Positions 19,047-29,390 of a DNA stretch of 64,000 nt are shown here, one piece after another. A program made the position numbers and the translations under genes. Source of the DNA: a bacterium (GTDB taxonomy: Bacteria; SAR324; NAC60-12); contig CBDBHR010000030.1 of NCBI GenBank assembly GCA_965205865.1, positions 1,120,001 to 1,184,000 of the forward strand, read 5' to 3'. The notes below the pieces were generated by a model. The model saw nothing but the letters and a program-made list of their open reading frames with translations. It was not told where the DNA came from and did not search any database. Each line of letters opens with the position of its first letter. The first letter of the stretch is position 1.

Positions 19047-20384
19047 TTACTGAAAAGAACGGGATTTAGGACGGCGAAGGAGTTTGAGTGTCGGAGAGTT
19101 TGCTGGTTCTTCCGTAGAGAGGGAGGGAGGCTCCAATTCGAACAAGTCAATCAGAGATTCCAGATAAAGGCGCCCGTCTTCGCGATTGTTTAAATTGCGG
19201 AGATTGTGGGAGGGTTTGTGCAAGATTTTATTGATCAACGTATAAATCATTTGCTCCACTTGCCGCTCTTGTTTGGGAGAAAGACTGCCCAGCTTTTGCA
19301 AGGTTTTTTCCAGTTCGGCAACACCCATTTCGTGAAAGGATTTCCGCAGTGCGCGGATAGCCGGGACGACAGAGAGATTTTTGAACCATGAATGGAGCTT
19401 TTCCACTTCCTCTGCGATGATTTGTTCAGCAATTCGGGCTTGCTGCTCACGTTCTTTGCGGTTGTCGTCTACCACGCTCTGCAGATCGTCGATGTCATAG
19501 ACATAGATGTTGGCCAGATTGTTCAAACGAGGGTCAATGTCTCGGGGGACGGCAATATCAATAAAGAACATGGGCGCTCCTTTTCTGCGCTTGATGCATC
19601 GTTTGACCATGGATTCGGTAACAATGAAGTCCTGCGCTCCGGTGGAACCAATGACGATATCCGCATTTCCCAGGTAGTCGGAGAGTTGCTCGATCCGAAT
19701 GGCAGAGCCCCAATTTGCTTCAGCCAGAGCCATTGCATGGGCAAAGGTGCGATTCGTAATAAGCAGTTTGGAAACTCCGTTTTTGATAAAATATTTTGCC
19801 GCCATCTCCGCCATCTCGCCTGCCCCTATAATCAATACCGTTTGCTGAGAAAGGTCGCTGAAAATGTGTTTTGCCAGTTCGACTGCAGCAAAACTGATCG
19901 AAACCGCATTGTGGGCAATTTGCGTTTCGGTCCGTATTCTTTTAGCAGCAGAAAATGCGCGGGGAAAGAGCCCTTTGAAGAAAGAACCCACATAATCATA
20001 GTCCAGAAATTGCTGATAGGCTTCTTTGACCTGCCCCAGTATTTGCGGTTCTCCCACAATCATGGAATCCAGGCTTGCGGTCACTCGAAATAAGTGCTGA
20101 ACCGCATCGATGTCGTAGGACTCATAAGACAATCCGGGCAAGCCCGGAAGGTTGAAATGCCATGCCAACCTGTCCTTGACGTGTTGGCAAGTCAGACGAG
20201 GTTGTTCGGCCACAAAATGGAATTCAACCCGGTTGCAGGTCGAGAGGACAACCAACTCCTGAAAGTGGCACTCCTGTAAAGTCCTGCGGATCAGAGCCAG
20301 CTGCTGCTCATAAGACAAAGCCAATCGCTCCCTGATCTCAAGGTGTGTTTTTCTGAAATTCCATCCCAATACGGCAAATTTCAT
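19047..20384 (-). CDS. hemA: Glutamyl-tRNA reductase
   Basis: LSTCNRVE, SLDSMIVGEPQILGQVK, IGAGEM, DIAVPRDI. Confidence 0.97.
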   Translation of the reverse strand: MKFAVLGWNFRKTHLEIRERLALSYEQQLALIRRTLQECHFQELVVLSTCNRVEFHFVAEQPRLTCQHVKDRLAWHFNLPGLPGLSYESYDIDAVQHLFRVTASLDSMIVGEPQILGQVKEAYQQFLDYDYVGSFFKGLFPRAFSAAKRIRTETQIAHNAVSISFAAVELAKHIFSDLSQQTVLIIGAGEMAEMAAKYFIKNGVSKLLITNRTFAHAMALAEANWGSAIRIEQLSDYLGNADIVIGSTGAQDFIVTESMVKRCIKRRKGAPMFFIDIAVPRDIDPRLNNLANIYVYDIDDLQSVVDDNRKEREQQARIAEQIIAEEVEKLHSWFKNLSVVPAIRALRKSFHEMGVAELEKTLQKLGSLSPKQERQVEQMIYTLINKILHKPSHNLRNLNNREDGRLYLESLIDLFELEPPSLSTEEPANSPTLKLLRRPKSRSFQ

Positions 20385-20527
20385 AGATTTGGATGTCTCT
20401 TGTCGAATAATTGTGTAAGTGGCCCTTATGCCGGCAAGTTGAACAATAGCCATTGTCTAATCTTCTCTATTCAGATAAGATCGTAGCGTTTTTGTAATTT
20501 TAAATCAAATTTTAATTCAACAGGTTC

Positions 20528-21097
20528 ATGCCGAATCTATTCCCTAACTGGATCACTCCCAATCGATTGACCCTCATCCGGATCCTTCTGATTCCGGTGA
20601 TTTATATCCTCGTTTATCCGGACAGCGGACTGTTGCTGATCATTGCCTGTTTTCTCTTTTTCATTGCCTGCCTGACGGATTACTGGGATGGTTTACTGGC
20701 TCGTCAGACAGGCATTATGACTGATTTCGGTAAGTTGATGGATCCCATTGCAGACAAAATCCTTATCACTTCCTTACTGGTACTTTTAGTGGCAATGGAG
20801 AGAGCGCCCGCACATCTGACCACTTTGATCATTGTAAGAGAATTCGCGGTGTCAGGACTAAGATCGGTCGCGGCCGTCCAAGGGATTGTGATTGCTGCGA
20901 ACAAGGAAAGCAAATACAAAACTATTTTACAAATGTTTGCGGTGGGATTCCTGATCCTGCACTACCCTATTTTGGGGATTCCCTGTCATGAAGTTGGTAT
21001 TGTCCTGCTCTGGCTGGCCACCCTATTTACGATATGGACAGGAGCCCGTTATTTTCATTCCTATTACCAGATTGTTTCCTCCGACAGTAGTTCATGA
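20528..21097 (+). CDS. pgsA: CDP-diacylglycerol--glycerol-3-phosphate 3-phosphatidyltransferase
   Basis: PNRLTLIR, TDYWDGLLAR..FGKLMDPIADK, REFAVSGLR. Confidence 0.93.
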   Translation: MPNLFPNWITPNRLTLIRILLIPVIYILVYPDSGLLLIIACFLFFIACLTDYWDGLLARQTGIMTDFGKLMDPIADKILITSLLVLLVAMERAPAHLTTLIIVREFAVSGLRSVAAVQGIVIAANKESKYKTILQMFAVGFLILHYPILGIPCHEVGIVLLWLATLFTIWTGARYFHSYYQIVSSDSSS

Positions 21098-22057
21098 GCG
21101 AGGAAAAGCGAACTGCAATTCTAAATATTGTGAAATACGCTTTTCCAGCCATCCGTCTGATTTCCAGGGCCAAGTGCCACTGATGAAACCGACATGCCCC
21201 CCATGAGGCAGAAGCTCCAGTTTTATCTGAGAGGACAGTTCTTCAGCTCGAGGAATTGCATCAGGCGTCATGAAAGCGTCATCCTTTGCGTGGATTATCA
21301 AGGTGGGGGTTTGAATTGTTTTCAAATAAGGTCGGCAACTCGCTTCCGCATAATAATGGTCTACACCTCGAAAACCATGGAGTGGGGCGGTGATACGGTC
21401 ATCAAATTCCCGGATAGTTGGAATCGCTTTAATTAAATTCTCAGTAAAGGGAAGAGGCAACACCGCGGATTTACGCAATGCCGAGCGGCGCAAGAGTCTT
21501 AGAAAGTACCAATGATAAAGACGAGAAAACCCTTTTTCCAGACGACGCATTGCTTTCTCCAGTTCAAACGGCACGGAAACGGCAACCGCGGCTTGAATGG
21601 GAATGTGGGACCCGCATTCTCCCAAGCATTTCAATAAAACATTTCCCCCCAGTGAATAGCCAATGACCGCAAGAGGAGTTTGCGATTCCCTCTTGGCAAG
21701 CAGATCGACAAGGTACGCCAAATCATGGGTCTGACCGGCATGATAACTTTGTGGCAAACGATTCGGGTGATATCCGCAATTGCGAAAGTGCATCAAGACC
21801 CCCCGCCATCCTTTTTGATGCAAAGCGGCCAAGATCCCTTGAATGTAATTCGACTCGATGCATCCTTCCAAGCCATGCAAAAGAATGACGATCGGGCCCC
21901 GATTGCCCAACGTCCATCTCAAATCCAGGAAATCTCCATCATCCAGTTCAAGAAACTCTGTTTTTGTTTCAATCCGTGGAGGTTTACGCACCCATGACGC
22001 CCAAATTGTCTGCGCATGAGCATGGGGCAGCCACCATGCCGGTCGATATGACTGCAT
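21092..22057 (-). CDS. YheT family alpha/beta hydrolase
   Basis: HAQTIW, LHGLEG, GYSLGG, EFDDRITAP, GGHVGF. Confidence 0.9.
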   Translation of the reverse strand: MQSYRPAWWLPHAHAQTIWASWVRKPPRIETKTEFLELDDGDFLDLRWTLGNRGPIVILLHGLEGCIESNYIQGILAALHQKGWRGVLMHFRNCGYHPNRLPQSYHAGQTHDLAYLVDLLAKRESQTPLAVIGYSLGGNVLLKCLGECGSHIPIQAAVAVSVPFELEKAMRRLEKGFSRLYHWYFLRLLRRSALRKSAVLPLPFTENLIKAIPTIREFDDRITAPLHGFRGVDHYYAEASCRPYLKTIQTPTLIIHAKDDAFMTPDAIPRAEELSSQIKLELLPHGGHVGFISGTWPWKSDGWLEKRISQYLELQFAFPRS

Positions 22058-22296
22058 TGAATTCTTTTTCAATCAAACACGAATGAAAATTATCACTCCC
22101 TGGAAAAGGGGAAATGAGATCCAAGGAAACGAAAACTTGATTTACTAAAGGGAATTGGCGTATATTGTTGCCGGTGAGTATCTCCCACTATCTATTCCAT
22201 CTTGCTCTTCCTATTTTTGTGATCTCGCTTTTCAGACAAATTATCGTTAATATTTCAATGAATCAAGATCTGTGAAGCGCTTTCACATTCAACCCA

Positions 22297-22896
22297 ATGG
22301 ATCCTATGGCCCGTATTGCCAAGAAAAATCGTTCCACTGCCGAAACCACTATTGATGTGCGACTCGACCTTGATGGGACTGGCAAATTCGAGATTGATTC
22401 CGGGATTGGTTATCTTGATCATATGCTGCAACAGTTTGCGTTTCACAGTCTGTTTGATCTGGTTCTTAATTGCAAAGGCGATCTTCACATTGATGGCCAT
22501 CATACTACTGAAGACGTTGCCATTACATTGGCGGAAGCCTTTCAAGATGCATTGGGGGATAAAAAAGGGATACGCCGTTATGCCCATGCTTATATCCCAA
22601 TGGATGAAGCGCTTTTGCGCACCGCGGTCGATGTTTCAGGTCGTCCCGAGTTTCATTTTCAGGGAGAATTCACCCATCCTGCCCTGGGAGAATTGGATAC
22701 GCAATTGATTCCTCATTTTTTCAAATCGTTTGCGATGGTCGCGCGGGTTACCCTTCATATGGCCATCCTGTATGGAGAAAACGACCACCACAAATGCGAA
22801 GGATTGTTCAAAAGCCTTGCTCGCGCCTTGCATGATGCGGTACGAATCGATCCTCGCAGGGAGCGGATTGCATCCACCAAAGGAACATTGAAATGA
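22297..22896 (+). CDS. hisB: Imidazoleglycerol-phosphate dehydratase
   Basis: DHMLQQ, GDLHIDGHHTTED, PMDE, NDHHKCE, STKGTL. Confidence 0.97.
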   Translation: MDPMARIAKKNRSTAETTIDVRLDLDGTGKFEIDSGIGYLDHMLQQFAFHSLFDLVLNCKGDLHIDGHHTTEDVAITLAEAFQDALGDKKGIRRYAHAYIPMDEALLRTAVDVSGRPEFHFQGEFTHPALGELDTQLIPHFFKSFAMVARVTLHMAILYGENDHHKCEGLFKSLARALHDAVRIDPRRERIASTKGTLK

Positions 22897-23492
22897 ACGT
22901 CATTGTGGATTATCAGGCCGGAAACCTGGCCAATCTCAAAAACGCTTTGAATTATCTGGGGTTGGACAATCAAATTGCTACCAATGCAAAAGCCATTGAA
23001 AAAGCCAGCCGCATCCTCATGCCGGGGGTTGGCGCTTTTCAACCGGCAATGGAAAGCCTTCGGCAATCAGGGATGGTGGAAGCCATCTTGGAACAAATTG
23101 ATGCGGGAGTGCCTTTTTTGGGAATTTGCCTCGGCTTGCAACTTTTGTTTACGGAAGGTCGGGAAGGTGGCAGACATCAGGGACTGGGGATCATAGAAGG
23201 GGTGGTAGTCCGCTTCGAACATGAGTTGAAAATTCCTCAGATGGGATGGAATCAAGTCGTCTATTGCCGAAAGGATCCTCTTTTCCGAAATATCCCGGAT
23301 AACAGCCACTTTTACTTTGTTCACTCTTATCATGGCATTCCTCAAAATTCGGAGATAACGCTGGCCCGTACGGACTATGGTGTCCCGTTCACTTCCGTGT
23401 TGCATTCAGGAAATGTCTGGGGTGTCCAGTTTCACCCTGAAAAAAGCCAAGCAGTGGGATTGGAGTTGTTGAATAATTTTTGTCATTTCTAA
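22893..23492 (+). CDS. hisH: Imidazole glycerol phosphate synthase glutaminase subunit
   Basis: PGVGAF, GICLGLQ, PQMGWN, FVHSY, QFHPEKS. Confidence 0.97.
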   Translation: MNVIVDYQAGNLANLKNALNYLGLDNQIATNAKAIEKASRILMPGVGAFQPAMESLRQSGMVEAILEQIDAGVPFLGICLGLQLLFTEGREGGRHQGLGIIEGVVVRFEHELKIPQMGWNQVVYCRKDPLFRNIPDNSHFYFVHSYHGIPQNSEITLARTDYGVPFTSVLHSGNVWGVQFHPEKSQAVGLELLNNFCHF

Positions 23493-23689
23493 CCAATGCA
23501 TGAACAAAACCCCGGCCCCCTTTTGCAAACCAGATTTTGGACACGTTTATATCAATAGGCTGTAAAAAGATGTTAAATCGATCCTACGTTTTTAAGTGGG
23601 AACGCGTAAATGGACGTTTTGCGTCCTATAAAAACCGCAAAGCGGTCATAAGCAGGCAAATTTAAGCAAGTAATTTGAAAGATGAAGTC

Positions 23690-24118
23690 ATGGCCAAAGA
23701 GCAAACTTTATCCATTATTAAGCCTGATGGCGTTTCCCGAAATATAATAGGGAAACTCCTCAGTCGTTTCGAAAGCAGCGGACTCCGGGTGGTTGCCATG
23801 AAAATGATTCATCTCTCTAAAAAGGAAGCGGAAGGTTTTTATGCAGTGCATCAGCGACATCCTTTTTTTGGCAGCTTGACCGATTATATGAGTTCGGGAC
23901 CTGTCATTGCGCAGGTACTTGAAGGCGAAAATGCGATTGCCAAAAACCGGGAAGTCATAGGAGCCACCAATCCTGCGGAAGCAGCGGAAGGGACCATTCG
24001 CAAAGACTATGCCCTCAATATCGAGCAAAACACCGTGCATGGATCCGATGCTCCCGAATCAGCTGCCAGCGAAATCGCCTATTTCTTTTCAGATATGGAA
24101 TTGGTCAATCCTTCCTGA
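23690..24118 (+). CDS. ndk: Nucleoside diphosphate kinase
   Basis: [25 protein letters not shown]. Confidence 0.97.
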   Translation: MAKEQTLSIIKPDGVSRNIIGKLLSRFESSGLRVVAMKMIHLSKKEAEGFYAVHQRHPFFGSLTDYMSSGPVIAQVLEGENAIAKNREVIGATNPAEAAEGTIRKDYALNIEQNTVHGSDAPESAASEIAYFFSDMELVNPS

Positions 24119-24189
24119 TCTCCAGTCGGAATGGCGCTTCATCGATACGCCACCCCAACTCATCACGTCGAGAGCGAGCAGGCAGCCAT

Positions 24190-25107
24190 TTATTTCTCCA
24201 ATGAGTCCAAGATAGAGCGGTAACTTTGATAACGGATTAGAGAAATCTTTTTTTCGGCAACTGCTTGCTGCACCCCGCAGTCTGGTTCGTACCGATGGGT
24301 GCATCCTTTGAATCTGCAGTGCAGCCGGGCTTGTTCGAATTCTACGAAAAAACGATCCAATTCTTGGGGAGTCAACTGGGAGATGCCCAGTTCTCGAATG
24401 CCAGGCGTATCAGCCACGTACCCCCCACCCGGCAATCGATGCATTTCCGGAACGGAGGTGGTGTGCCTCCCTTTTTGAGTAATATGGCTCAGCTGACCAA
24501 TTTTAATTTTCCATTCAGGAAACAAGGCTTTCAATAACGATGATTTTCCAACACCTGAATGGCCGGACAAAACGCATGTTTGATTTTTCAGTATTTCATG
24601 GAAGCTATCAAGTCCAACACCGGAAATGGCACTGGTCAATAACACCGGATAACCCAAAGTCTGGTAGGTTTCCTGGATGGAATGAATGGCTTGCGGTTCT
24701 CCCAAATCCACTTTATTGAGGACGAGGGTGGGACGGAGTCCACCTTGCTGAGCGGAGATCAGGAAACGGTCCACCATTCCGGAGCGAAATGAAGGGTTTT
24801 TAATGGAGCTCACAATCAGTAGATGGTCTACGTTGCTGATCAACACCTGCTCGATTTTCCCTTCTTTGGCGGGCCGGGAAAGTTGGTTACGGCGTGGCAG
24901 GATTTTGTATATCAATCCTGCATCTTCTGCCGCATCGAGATCAGTTTCCACTCGATCTCCAACCGCAACCGTGAAATTTTTAATTTTTCCCTGAAAAAGA
25001 TTCCCTTTGATCCGGCATAAATGCACGGAATCGGCGACATTGACATAATAAAATCCCTTGACCCGTTTCAAGACTGTCCCGATCTGTCGATTTTTCTGAT
25101 TCGGCAT
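24190..25107 (-). CDS. rsgA: Ribosome small subunit-dependent GTPase A
   Basis: VGDRV, NKVDL, GHSGVGKSS, GRHTT, DTPG, CRFKGCTHRYEPDC. Confidence 0.95.
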   Translation of the reverse strand: MPNQKNRQIGTVLKRVKGFYYVNVADSVHLCRIKGNLFQGKIKNFTVAVGDRVETDLDAAEDAGLIYKILPRRNQLSRPAKEGKIEQVLISNVDHLLIVSSIKNPSFRSGMVDRFLISAQQGGLRPTLVLNKVDLGEPQAIHSIQETYQTLGYPVLLTSAISGVGLDSFHEILKNQTCVLSGHSGVGKSSLLKALFPEWKIKIGQLSHITQKGRHTTSVPEMHRLPGGGYVADTPGIRELGISQLTPQELDRFFVEFEQARLHCRFKGCTHRYEPDCGVQQAVAEKKISLIRYQSYRSILDSLEK

Positions 25108-25393
25108 CTGGTCAGGAAAGCGGAGTAGGGAAGGCAATCAGGTCAATCTCTCGATCTGCTCCCAGGGCGCGACTTACTGGGAAAAATCGCAAAATCCCTG
25201 TTTGGCAGGTGAGTCCTTTGAGAGCTGGGACAAGTTCAATATTTGCAAAACTCATGTTAAAATACCAAAGATTTGAATGCGACGGTACGGATTTTGAAAA
25301 ACAAATAATAGCATAAAATCAACCGAATGTTCCATCAGAAGAATACGTGGATGAACATCAATTTTAATTTTTTTCAAATCATCAAAAACATGG

Positions 25394-25897
25394 ATGGATA
25401 AAATGAATAGAAACTATGAATCTTATCACATTTGGAAATACAACGAATGGATTTATGCAAAGGTTGGCGTTTTGTTATTGTTTGCTTTGGTTTTTAGCGT
25501 TACTACGGAAGCCTGGGCCCTTTGTGTTCAAGTAAAAAAGGCAAACCTCCGTCAAGGACCCGGTACCAAGCATGAAAAGCTCTGGGAAGTGTATCAGTAT
25601 ATGCCTTTCAGGAAGCTGGATGCAAAAGGGAGTTGGCTAAAGGTTTCAGACGTCGATGGCGACATCTATTGGATTTATAAAAAACTCACTACCGAAGACT
25701 ATCATTGCGCAGTGATCAAGATAGACAAAGCGAACCTGCGGGAAGGTCCTGGAACAAATTTTTCCCAGGTTTCGTGGAGCCCCAGGGATAAATATTATTC
25801 AATGAAAGTGCTCAATATTGAAGGGAAATGGGTTCGCATTGAAGATTATGAAGGGGATGTCGCATGGATCCATCGCTCATTGGTTTGGATTCAGTAA
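25394..25897 (+). CDS. Exported tandem SH3-domain protein
   Basis: Hydrophobic leader; two ANLRxGPGT repeats each ending in a WI motif. Confidence 0.8.
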   Translation: MDKMNRNYESYHIWKYNEWIYAKVGVLLLFALVFSVTTEAWALCVQVKKANLRQGPGTKHEKLWEVYQYMPFRKLDAKGSWLKVSDVDGDIYWIYKKLTTEDYHCAVIKIDKANLREGPGTNFSQVSWSPRDKYYSMKVLNIEGKWVRIEDYEGDVAWIHRSLVWIQ

Positions 25898-25908
25898 TTC
25901 TCGGAATT

Positions 25909-26811
25909 TCAAGGAAGAACGCGAAACAATCCCTCACTTGTATCCAGAGAAACGAATGAACCCAGAGGAAGGGTAACACTGACGGGACCATGTCCTGACG
26001 GAAGTTTACAGGCAACCGGGAAAAGGGCATCCTGAAAATAATCGGTCAGTATCTCCCATAATATCGAAGCCTTTCCTTCACACCCTACCATCTCTCCAAA
26101 AACCAGCCCCTGCAAATAATCCAATTTTCCCGCATTTTTTAAATGGGTGAGCATGCGGTCCACACGGTAAGGGGTCTCTGCAGTGTCTTCCAAAAACAAG
26201 ATTTTGTCCCTTGTTTCGATTTCATAAAAGGTTCCCAGTGAAGCCACCACCAGAGAGAGACATCCTCCGGTAAGTGGGCCAGTAGCACTTCCGGGACGGA
26301 GAGTTTGCACGGGTAGGAGAGGAAAATATTTTGTGGAAAACAGCGTGTCATGCAATGATTGTTGAGTTTCCTGCCTGCCTGAAGATTCCAGAAATTGGCT
26401 TGTGGCCAGGTTGGGACCATGGAAGACCACCATTTGACAGACTTTTTGCAAATAGAGCAGTAAACTGGAAGCATCGCTCAAGCCAACAACCATTTTCCGG
26501 TGATCCGCAATTACGGAGGAATTCAAATACCTTAAAATCCGGGAAGCTCCGTATCCTCCTCTGGTGATAAACAAGGCCTTCAGTTGGCAATCCGTGTAAA
26601 AATCCTGAAATTGCCGGGCGCGATGCTGGTCATCTCCTGCCAGATAAAAATGACGATGGTGCCAACCTGGCTGCAGCTTGACTTGCAGTCCCCAACTCTC
26701 CAGAATAGAAATCGCTTTCGCAACCAAGTGCTCCTGCCCCCGGGATTGATGGCTACCGGGCGCAACCAGTCCCACTTTGTCGCCACGTTCGAGTTTTCGA
26801 GGGAGTATCAC
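25909..26811 (-). CDS. LD-carboxypeptidase (peptidase S66)
   Basis: RGGYGA, GLSD, HGP, LFLED, GHG. Confidence 0.9.
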   Translation of the reverse strand: MILPRKLERGDKVGLVAPGSHQSRGQEHLVAKAISILESWGLQVKLQPGWHHRHFYLAGDDQHRARQFQDFYTDCQLKALFITRGGYGASRILRYLNSSVIADHRKMVVGLSDASSLLLYLQKVCQMVVFHGPNLATSQFLESSGRQETQQSLHDTLFSTKYFPLLPVQTLRPGSATGPLTGGCLSLVVASLGTFYEIETRDKILFLEDTAETPYRVDRMLTHLKNAGKLDYLQGLVFGEMVGCEGKASILWEILTDYFQDALFPVACKLPSGHGPVSVTLPLGSFVSLDTSEGLFRVLP

Positions 26812-26887
26812 GAGTTGTCTTATATTTTGGAAGACTGCTATTTTTGAATTCGATTATACCACAACCCTGCACCTCTTGTAGACGGTC

Positions 26888-27634
26888 ATGTCGGAATCAA
26901 CAGAACTGTTGATCATGTTTGCGCGCTTTCCTCGATCAGGCACAGTAAAAACCAGAATGACCAAACGGGAACATTCTTCACGTCCCTTATCTCCCGAAGC
27001 AACCCTGGCCCTCTACAGGGCGTTTTTAGCGGATTGGATTCCCCGCCTGAAAAGGGGTGGGGGTTTTGATTTACGGATAATGTTGGGGGGAGCGAGTGGA
27101 GAGGAATTGGAAGAATTTCGGCAGCATTTTTCCTTGCATCCCTCTCAACTGAAACAGATGCCCGAAACGCCAGGCGATTTGGGCGCATTGATGGAACATT
27201 GCTTTGAGCAAAGTTTCCGTGAAGGTTATGCCCGAATTGCCTTGATTGGCAGTGATGCTCCCCAAATTCCACTGGCGCGGATCCGGCAGGTTTTCGAATT
27301 TTTGAAAAAAGCGCCGATAGTGATTGGCCCGGACAATGGTGGTGGCATGTATTTAATCGCATATTCCCGTCCTCTGGGAATCATGAAAGAAGGGATCGTC
27401 TGGGGACGTGGGTTGGATCTGCAAGCAATAATCCAAAGGTGTGAAAGACAGGCGCTTGCCTGCCGGCTTCTCCCCGTAGAGATAGACCTTGATACGAGCG
27501 ATGATTTAATTGCCTGGTACAACAAGCGGGATTCAGTCAATCCGGAAGCCTCGACTTATAAAGAGGATTGTCCCCACACGCTTAAATTTGTTCGGCAATG
27601 GATCCTCTCCTCTTGTCAAAGTCGACGGGAATAG
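26888..27634 (+). CDS. DUF2064 / TIGR04282-like glycosyltransferase
   Basis: FARFPRSGTVKTR, GDLG, IGSDAP, GPDNGGGMYLI, DLDTSDDL. Confidence 0.75.
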   Translation: MSESTELLIMFARFPRSGTVKTRMTKREHSSRPLSPEATLALYRAFLADWIPRLKRGGGFDLRIMLGGASGEELEEFRQHFSLHPSQLKQMPETPGDLGALMEHCFEQSFREGYARIALIGSDAPQIPLARIRQVFEFLKKAPIVIGPDNGGGMYLIAYSRPLGIMKEGIVWGRGLDLQAIIQRCERQALACRLLPVEIDLDTSDDLIAWYNKRDSVNPEASTYKEDCPHTLKFVRQWILSSCQSRRE

Positions 27635-28311
27635 TAGAGTTGGTAGATCTTTTTGCTGCTGATTCCCAACAGGTTGAGCAAGAGAACTTTATTCATCAGC
27701 AACAAATAACGATAGAATCCCAATTGATGGAATTTCCGGGATGAAGGAAAAATAGGCGTGTTGATGAAACGAAAGTCGTATGGTTTCAGATAGCGATTGA
27801 TTTTCAGATCTTCCAGTATGTATTCATGGGGAAAGCCACCAATAGCTTCGAATACCTGCTTGCGTACGCATAAGCCTTGATCACCATAGATAATCTGCAG
27901 ATACCGGCTTCTGGCATTGGAAATTTTTTCCAAGGCCCGGAATTTCCAGGAGTCTTCTTGAAAACGGATGCTGAAACAGGAATAATCACAATTGTCCTCA
28001 CGCCACAGTGTTCTCAATGCCTCCACGGCCTGAGCTGAAATCAAAGTATCCGCATGCAAAAAGAGAATTGTTTCGGCCTGGATATGCGCGGCTCCGGTAT
28101 TCCAACATTGTCCGCGGGAAAGGAAGACGTCGGCAGGCGCTTCGATTCGTTTGACCGAAAATTGCTGGCAAATCCGCCTGCATTCATCGCTGCTATGGTT
28201 GTCCACAATAATAATCTCTTCAAAAAAAGCAGTCAGTTCCGCAAGCGCCCGAGTCAAGGCTTTGGCATCATTGCGCACCGAAATGACGATTCCTGGAAGA
28301 GGACGAGGCAT
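27616..28311 (-). CDS. GT2 glycosyltransferase, TIGR04283-like
   Basis: IIVDNHSSD, LFLHADT, IYGDQGL, GGFP..LED, SSRKF. Confidence 0.8.
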   Translation of the reverse strand: MPRPLPGIVISVRNDAKALTRALAELTAFFEEIIIVDNHSSDECRRICQQFSVKRIEAPADVFLSRGQCWNTGAAHIQAETILFLHADTLISAQAVEALRTLWREDNCDYSCFSIRFQEDSWKFRALEKISNARSRYLQIIYGDQGLCVRKQVFEAIGGFPHEYILEDLKINRYLKPYDFRFINTPIFPSSRKFHQLGFYRYLLLMNKVLLLNLLGISSKKIYQLYYSRRL

Positions 28312-28367
28312 AGCTTGAATGAGAATACAAAAATGCGCGCTTCGAGAAAATGTTGATTCTATGTGTT

Positions 28368-29363
28368 TCAGTCGTCCATGCCCGCTTCCGGGTCTCGGGG
28401 AGGCCGGTATTTCCCACCGCACAGGAGATAAGGTATCACACCCAACAGATAAACTGCCAATTGAATGATGATGAACAAATTGAAGATATCCGCCCCTTCA
28501 GAGATCCCCACATACCGGTAAAGCTCCCCAAACGCCAAATGTCCGACACCCACTCCTCCCGGAGCGATGGGAAGCGCGACGACAATCAAACCAATAGGCA
28601 TGATGAAAAACTGAGTGGCCAGGCTCAATTCTTTCACCCCGAGCATTTGGGCAATTTGAAAAAATAAAAACGCGATACTGCTATGAATCGCTATGGACAT
28701 CAACAAGGTAACTATCAAAGTCAGTTTTTGGTGTTGGTAGGTCTTGAAAGCCCGGTACACTTTGACGCTCAATTTCTGTCCTGGCAAATTCTTCAGCAAG
28801 CGGATAAACGGATCTTTTCCTTCTTTGAAAGGAAACACTACAATGGCGTAAAATAAAATGGTGCCCGCAAACAGCCCGCTGATTATCCATACCAGAGGGA
28901 ACAGCGCCGATTGACCGGCAATGAAATTCAAGTTGAAAATCAGAGCAAAAAAAGCCATCACGATCAATCCGAATAAACCAACAAAACGGTCGATCAAAAC
29001 GGTCGTGAAAGCAGGAGTTTTTCCTTCCTTCCGCTGCGAACGAATGATGTAGTATCCTTTGACCACATCACCGCTGACCGCACCCGGCAGGGCGGTATTG
29101 AAAAAATTGCCGATCCACGTCAATAAATTGGCCCGGCAAAAAAGAACCTCCAAACCGATGGCTCGGAGCAGCAACCACCAGCGCAAAGCGGTCAATGGAA
29201 CAATCCAGAAGACCAAAACAGCGAGTAACGTGAAGAGCATCTTCGGGTGCTCCCCAAATAACAAAAGACGCTCAAAATTCAAACGCTCACTGACAATCAA
29301 GTAATACAAAATCCCGGCAATCAAGGCAAATTTCAGCAAATTGACAATAACTCTATTCCTCAT
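28368..29363 (-). CDS. Lysylphosphatidylglycerol synthase TM-domain (UPF0104) membrane protein
   Basis: LRWWLLL, IGNFFNTALPGAVSGDVVK, DRFVGL, LPIAPGGVGV. Confidence 0.85.
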   Translation of the reverse strand: MRNRVIVNLLKFALIAGILYYLIVSERLNFERLLLFGEHPKMLFTLLAVLVFWIVPLTALRWWLLLRAIGLEVLFCRANLLTWIGNFFNTALPGAVSGDVVKGYYIIRSQRKEGKTPAFTTVLIDRFVGLFGLIVMAFFALIFNLNFIAGQSALFPLVWIISGLFAGTILFYAIVVFPFKEGKDPFIRLLKNLPGQKLSVKVYRAFKTYQHQKLTLIVTLLMSIAIHSSIAFLFFQIAQMLGVKELSLATQFFIMPIGLIVVALPIAPGGVGVGHLAFGELYRYVGISEGADIFNLFIIIQLAVYLLGVIPYLLCGGKYRPPRDPEAGMDD

Positions 29364-29390
29364 TTCATGCTCCGCAAATTGCAGTCTTGA

